Part shown: one piece after another, positions 56,789 through 64,000 of the stretch | Layout: the number at the start of each line of letters is the position of its first letter | Position numbering within the stretch: the first letter of the stretch is position 1 | NCBI GenBank assembly: GCA_964016885.1 | Contig: OZ024743.1 | Coordinates: 25,172,001-25,236,000 of the forward strand | Origin: Eledone cirrhosa | Taxonomy: Eukaryota | Direction of reading: 5' to 3' | DNA: 64,000 bases | Notes under the pieces: model-generated | What the model saw: the letters and a program-made list of their open reading frames with translations, nothing else | What the model was told of the DNA's origin: nothing | Database searches by the model: none | Program-made: the position numbers and the translations under genes

Positions 56789-59620
56789 ATATAATGAAAG
56801 AAAGAGTGAATGAAAGGAACAGAGGAAAGAAAGAAATGAAAAAAGAACGTAGAAAGGAAAATGAAAGAATTAAAGAATGAAGGAATGACAAAACAAAAAA
56901 ATATGGAAGAACAAAAAATAAATATGAAAGGAAATGAAGAAGAAAACAAGAAAATATATGACTGTAAGAAAGGAAGAAAGAAGGGCAAAATGGTGAGAAA
57001 TAAAATATCAAAAGACAAATGAAAGCAGAATTAAGGATGGAAATAATTTAAAAAGGAAGAAAATTGTAAAACAGTGCAAGACGGATAGATAGGAAAATGA
57101 AAGAAAATAAATGACTGAAGGAAAATTTAGGATGGGGACAGAAAACATGAAACGGATGAATGAACGAAAGAATGAAAAAATAGAAGGATGACAGCCAAAA
57201 TACAACGAAGGGGAAAAAATAAAAGAATCACAAAAGGAGGAATTAAAAAATGAATCTAAGAAAAATGAAAGAATGGAAGAAGAAATAGCAGTCAAATTCC
57301 CTCAAATCAGACTCCTTAGTTTAATAAAATGACACAGTGGACAGTGTAGTCATAGATTTTCCAGTAAAAGATACAGAATGAAAAAAATGGAATACAGAAA
57401 GAAAGGAGAGGAATGAAACAGACAGAGTGATGGGGATAGAAAGAAGAACAGAAAGAGAAGATCATGGGAGAGTGACGGGGAGATGGAGAGGTAGAGGTAA
57501 CAAAATAATGACTGAAAAATAAAGAAATAATAGAAACAATAAAGAAAGAATGAAGGTGAGATTGATAGATAACTAGGAGAGAGTGACAGAGAAAGAAAGG
57601 GAAAGGAAAACCCCAAATAACAACTAGAGAAGACAACATGTAACGCAGGAAGTGTGAAAGAAATGGAGAAGAGGAAAAGGAAGTAATTCGTAATGAAAGA
57701 TATGAAATATTATCATGTCGATAAATATCTTATTAGCATTTTGATTATTTCGATGGACGCCATTTTCCGACCTTATAATTGGGGACAATAATTGCTTTTT
57801 GCTGCTTTTTGTTGTTGTTTTGTTATCATTTTTTTGTGGTGTTGTTGCTATTATTGTTGTTGGTGGTGCTATTATCGCTGGTGTTGTTATTAGTGGTAGT
57901 GTTGAAGTTACTCTTGTCGTTTATCCTATTGCCAACCACGAACGAGCAGACATCTTATCAAATGCATTTCAGCCGTGATTATCCTATTCGTTTTTGGCTA
58001 CTATTTCTAACCGGTTGAGCGACTACATAGTAGCTCCCGTGATGATGGAAGTCGTTGTATTAGTATGATAAAAGTCGAGGATGTGTGGTAGCGTGTTAGT
58101 TTGTAATGGTGGGAATGATGATAATAGTCGTGTTGGTGGTGGAGGAAGTGAACATGGTAATGACGATGATGATGATAATGATGGTGCTTTCAACTCTCTG
58201 TTGATTTTATCAAAATTATTATTTTCATTGCAGGCTTTAATAAGAATATCCTTTCCTGCAGCGAGCAGCAAACAATTGAATCAGTGCCTTATAGTGTACA
58301 ACACATAGTGGATCTGGTTTACTTCATATCTCGATAAAGCTACACAAATATATAAAATTGAGTATGTATCATGTATAAAATCATCTGTTTGGTCCTCACC
58401 TTTACTCTCTCGTACCCATGGAGCATTTCATTGACAATTGTTTCCTATTCTTTCTTCACATGAAATTGTCGTAACCACTGAAGTAAAAAAATAATCACTG
58501 CAAGATTTCCAACGATCACAGATTGACAGATGGTACTCGCATAAAATTTGAGACACATGGAAGGTTGCTTTCGTGGGAAAGTCATAGAAGGAAGAACCGC
58601 ACCCATAACCAGTTTGGATGATCTTGTCGGAAAAGGAAGAAAAAATAACATGACTCAGCAGTTCTTGCATCGATCATCTTCTGACCAGCATTTATTGTTT
58701 ACATCATAGGCACCAAAGAGTCACGCAATGCTGTCAAAACAGACGACAGATTAAGTCCACCACTCTAAGTGTGATGAAATAAAAGCCTCTAACAGAAGCG
58801 TGATAAAATACAAATTTCTAACAGGCAGAAGGCTACGCATTTTGGGGAGGGTGTAGTGAATTATTTTACCCAACCGAAACGACGAAAGAACCTAAATTTT
58901 CATAGATCTTTATCTTCAATGCAAACAAATATAATCAAAAACAAGGTTTTTCTGAGGCTGTTCCAATTCTACAACTAAAATATCAATAAACAGGAATCGT
59001 CCATTAAGCCGGAAGCAAATATCAACTAGAAAATAACGTAGGATTTGCATTCAGACAGGTGAATGTTACTTTATATCAATCAGTTTTGGCCATATTTAGT
59101 GTTTAGTTAATATTCTCCTGCTGAGTTCTGCAAGGATTTCTATCTAAAGAGAAATGTGCACGGAATGGTTATTAGAGTGGAAATGCTCCTAGAGAAATTT
59201 TGAAAGGAAGCTATTTTGTAACGAGATGGTTAACAGTAAAATATAGTAATCTACAATTTAGTACTTGATGGATATATTATACACTAGAGCACATATTTTA
59301 ATATCACTCTTGTCTGTGAGAGGATCAAGCCAGTTTTATCCGCAATGACAGTGGTGGTGTGTTGCTTTCTTTTTAGTAGAATTTAGAGGGTCTCATAAGC
59401 AGCTTTGCTGTTGCCGATTTTGTATTCCAGCTTCGATATCTTTTGCACTGGTCTGATATCCACTTCTCCTTGCCTAACCACATTTTCTTCCTGACCTTCC
59501 TATCTACTGCGTTGTATTGTTGCCTTACTCCACACATATGCGTGTGTGTGTATATATATATATGTGTATATATATATATATGTGTATATATATATATATA
59601 TATGTGTATATATATATATA

Positions 59621-60104
59621 TATAAGTATGTATACGTACATACATATATGTATACAGACGTACAGTAGTATGTATATATATATATACATACATGCACACA
59701 TATATATGTACGAATGGATTCACCGAATATTTATTATAATGCTCGGTGTGTTTGTAAACAAACATCCCGAATTAAGCCGTACAGTGTCTAGCAACCATCG
59801 TTGCTCTGAAAGTATATACTTTCAGACGTTCAATCATCTGGCAGGAAGGTATACGTTGCTAACGATAGCTAATAAGCTTGAAACTAGTACAGCGTTCCTT
59901 TGTCAGGGTTGAACAAATGAGCAACGATGGTTGCTAGACACTGTACGGCTTAATTCGGGATGTTTGTTTACAAACACACCGAGCATTATAATAAATGTTC
60001 GGTGAATCCATACGTACATATATATATGTGTGCATGTATGTATATATATATACATACTACTGTACGTCTGTATACATATATGTATGTACGTGTACATACT
60101 TATA
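59621..60104. repeat. fold-back inverted repeat with a hammerhead in the spacer
   Basis: Arms of about 186 bp (59621-59806/59919-60104). Confidence 0.9.
59853..59895 (+). ncRNA. hammerhead motif with a single core mutation (G5A)
   Basis: ACGUUG-CUAACGA-U-AGCU(AAUA)AGCU-U-GAAA-CUAG-UA-CAGCGU. Palindromic stem III ACUAGU; lies in the spacer of a 186-bp inverted repeat. Confidence 0.68.
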
Positions 60105-60257
60105 TTTAAGTAACAGCCTTACTAAGAGTGACAAATGAAATTTCGTTTCATTTTTTCCGTATATATATATATATATATATATATATCAAAGAAGGTGTGG
60201 TAAGATACCAGGTGGACCATAACGCACCAGAGTATTCGATACTTAGGGTAGTAGAGT

Positions 60258-60363
60258 GGGTAATAGGAAAAGAGTCGGGACCCCGACGGCTGAGCTCCGG
60301 ATCTAGCTGTCGAAATGGTCGGAGCTAAGCCGTCGGGGTCCAGACTTATTTCCTATTTTACCC
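60258..60363. repeat. GC-rich hairpin in a TA-flanked module
   Basis: Arms 60258-60299/60320-60363; the loop and junction read GTC-GAAA-TGG-TC-GGAG. Confidence 0.75.
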
Positions 60364-60381
60364 TGTTGACTTACGCTTCTT

Positions 60382-60445
<64 letters not shown>

Positions 60446-60468
60446 AAGTATATATATATATATATATA

Positions 60469-61338
60469 CGAAGTGTATCAGAAAAGTTCCAGGACTGATG
60501 TTACAAAAGATTTATTTCAAACCCAAACTTCACACTAAGAGTTTTCTCCTTAGTAATCCCCCTGGAGTCTAATGCATTTTTCCATCCTTTTCTGCCACGC
60601 TTGGAAGGATTCTTTCGGGATCCTCCGCAGTTCCGTCATCACGGACTTTTTGATATCGTCCACGTTTTCAAAACAGCTCCTCTCCGGGTCGTACTCGAAG
60701 ATCCATGACTCATCACCGGTGATGACTGTCCCTAGCAAGTCTGGTTCGGTTCCAAGACGCTTGAGGATGTCCTGGCACACTTGCATGCGTCGACCCTTCT
60801 GGTCATCGTTCAGCAGTTTTGGCACCATCTTCGCGCAGACTTTCCGCATGTCCAAATCTTCAGTGAGAATCTTCTAGACGCTGTCCCGATTCATGCCAGC
60901 TCATTTGCCATCAGTTGAACAGTCAGCCGACGATCGCTACGCACCATCTGCCAGACGCGCTCAACGTTGACCTCAGTCCTGGTTGTTGAGGGCCTTCCGT
61001 TCCTGGTGTCATCTTGCACAACTCAAAAACACGTGAGCGTGACATCGTCTCATCTCTATACATTTGCTGCAGCAATCCCAGTGCTTCTAACGGAGTTTTC
61101 CCCAACCGTACCAGAAACCTCAAGTTTGTTCGCTGGTCTGTGCTCAATGCTTGACGACCTGAAACAAATGACATGTATATAAAATTATGAAGAAAAAAGT
61201 TTGATCGCTGCAGAGAGCTAAGAATACAGCTACATACTCCAGGGGGATTACTTTGAAGGAGAAAACTCTTAGTGTGAAGTTTGGGTTTGAAATAAATATT
61301 TTGTGACATCAGTCCTGGAACTTTTCTGACACACCTCG
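60469..61338 (-). mobile_element. mariner element (irritans-like), internally deleted, with about 100-bp TIRs
   Basis: TA TSDs. Minus translation QRTNLRFLVRLGKT...MSRSRVFE, RKVCAKMVPKLL, VITGDESWIFEYDPE joined directly to the C-terminus CIRLQGDY. Confidence 0.9.
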
Positions 61339-61354
61339 TATACTCACACACATA

Positions 61355-61479
<125 letters not shown>

Positions 61480-61976
61480 GTGATTTTAACCTTGATTTTG
61501 ACTGCAAACACCCGATTTATGATCCCAATTCCCAGTTGAAGATATAATGTTCCATATATTTAGCGAAATAAATGAAACTTTTGTAATCCAGAGTGGGATT
61601 TGCGTGCGATTTAGCTAGACTTTAACTAGGCATTCACGAAGCTTGACATAGAATAGAGATAGTAGTAAAAGACGAAAACCATCTGCAATAATAACAATAG
61701 CAAAAGCAACACCAGAAGCAGGAAAGAAAAATTGCGTAAGGTGAAAAGTCAACTGGGGGAGAAGAAGAAGTAAGATTTCCTGATATTACACGCCTGCAGA
61801 CAGCTAAAGAGCCTGCGGCAAAGTGTTCATACTGAATAATTTCCGACTTGGATAGAGAACGTTTGTGAGACATCCGTACTGACAATAAAGATAATACAAA
61901 TGCCATATATAATTTTCTGTAGGTACATGCGTATATAGATATGCATACATACATACATACATATACAAACGCAAAC

Positions 61977-62020
<44 letters not shown>

Positions 62021-62101
62021 ATACATATATGTATATATATGTACGTATATATGTATATATATGCATGTGTATATATTTATACATATATACATGTATACAC
62101 A

Positions 62102-62132
<31 letters not shown>

Positions 62133-62167
62133 GTATATGTATGTATTTATATATATATGTATGTACG

Positions 62168-62199
<32 letters not shown>

Positions 62200-62631
62200 A
62201 ATATTATATGTATATATATATATATAAGAGAGAGACGGTGTGTTGAGTGTAGTGATGAATTGCACGCCATATTTCACACTCCAACGATCTACATCTTATG
62301 TCGGCTGCCATAGTATAAGTCTTGTTACTGTTCCCCGCCACTACGACAGCTACTGTTAACTGTTGTTACCCTTATTATACTGTATCTGTTGATAATGCTC
62401 CTGGTTTGGTTGTTATTATTTAACTCCTGTCTCTTAAACTTTAACTTCCTCTTTTCTGTCGTTTCTTCCATTTTTCCCTCCACCACAGATCTCATCTACT
62501 TCTCATTCCTCTTGCTACTTCTATTTCTAAACTTAACCTTTCACTCCCACCACCATTGTCTACGTTTTCCATCACTTTATATTCTCATTTCTTCTTTTTT
62601 TCTTTTTTTTTGGCAATTACACTATAATGTA

Positions 62632-62748
<117 letters not shown>

Positions 62749-62902
62749 ATATATATATACACACACATATATATATATGTATGCATATATATATACATAC
62801 ATGTATGTATATATATATAAATATTAAATGCACATACATATATATATACATATATATATATGCATATATATATATATATATGTATATATGTATATGTGTA
62901 TG

Positions 62903-62985
<83 letters not shown>

Positions 62986-63128
62986 GTATATGTGTATATA
63001 TATATATATATATGTATGTATTTATGCCATTCACTGATGATTTATTAGATTTCATGTATGTTCCTCAACGTCATACATCAAATTTATGTATGCATATGTC
63101 TTTGTATATGCTTATATATATATATAGG

Positions 63129-63277
<149 letters not shown>

Positions 63278-64000
63278 AGAGACAGAGTAGCAGGAGGAGA
63301 CATGGTGGAAATCGTTTTGTGTGTGGCAAAAGGAACTGGTGCATGCTGAATTGATGTAGTGCTGTATTTCATGGATACTATACAATAACAATAGGCAACA
63401 ATAACTGCACCATTACTAACAATAACAGCAACAGCAGTAACAGCAATAGCTACGTCAAAAATAGAACTGAATAAAAATAATGGTTCGGAAAGTGCCAAGA
63501 CGTATTTCGGTCAACAAAATGTGCGGATGTTGTGACGAAGCCGAGTCGACCCGGCTAAACTTAGAAGCAAGTGTCAGTTGCTTGCTTACTGCATGGGTCG
63601 TGAGAATATGATAAAGAAAGAAGTAAGCCATTTAAAAGTGTTCTAAATCAATGTCTGACGAATGAATATGTATATATGTAGGTATGTTCGTAAGTATGTA
63701 TATATGTATCTCTGTGTGTGAATGTGTACGTATGTATGTACGTATTTCTGTATATATATGAATGTATGTGTGTGTATATTTGTACGTACGTGTGTATATG
63801 TGTGTGTTAGTATATATGTATTTGTTGGTGTAAGAATATATATGTATACATATATATATGAATGTGTTTAAATGCGTGCATACGTAGACACACACACACA
63901 CAGACATATATATATATATATATATGCATACAGAGAGAGAGAGAATGAGTGAAAGAGAGAAAGTATGTGATGATGAGAATAGGGAGACCACTAATCATAT

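Noticed and set aside
63530-63570. GTGACGA-AGCCG...CGGCT-AAAC hammerhead-like string
   Set aside because: Both core halves are mutated and there is no stem I.

Overview
This is AT-rich, microsatellite-saturated eukaryotic DNA. The SINE types and repeat landscape suggest an octopus or other cephalopod (inference). The only host gene is the last two coding exons of a BarH-like homeobox gene (+, 11112-11331 and 12117-12405); exon 1 was not found in the window. The rest is mostly mobile-element debris: RTE-type LINE fragments (one with a twin-priming inversion), a CRE-like LINE 3' end, tRNA-derived SINEs, a non-autonomous Helitron, a decayed full-length Chapaev3 transposon, a deleted mariner and a Penelope-like (PLE) GIY-YIG fragment. 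Almost all ORFs in the supplied track are microsatellite artefacts. The main hidden signal is a dense set of type I hammerhead ribozyme (HHR) motifs: six with an intact CUGANGA/GAAA/NUH core and about eight degenerate or partial ones. They lie in short PLE-like modules inside (TA)n tracts. Most have a palindromic stem III, and three have an unusually long (81-93 nt) stem II domain. Many modules are fold-back inverted repeats, and several inversion points fall at or next to the ribozyme core or cleavage site. All folds were done by eye and no activity is demonstrated.
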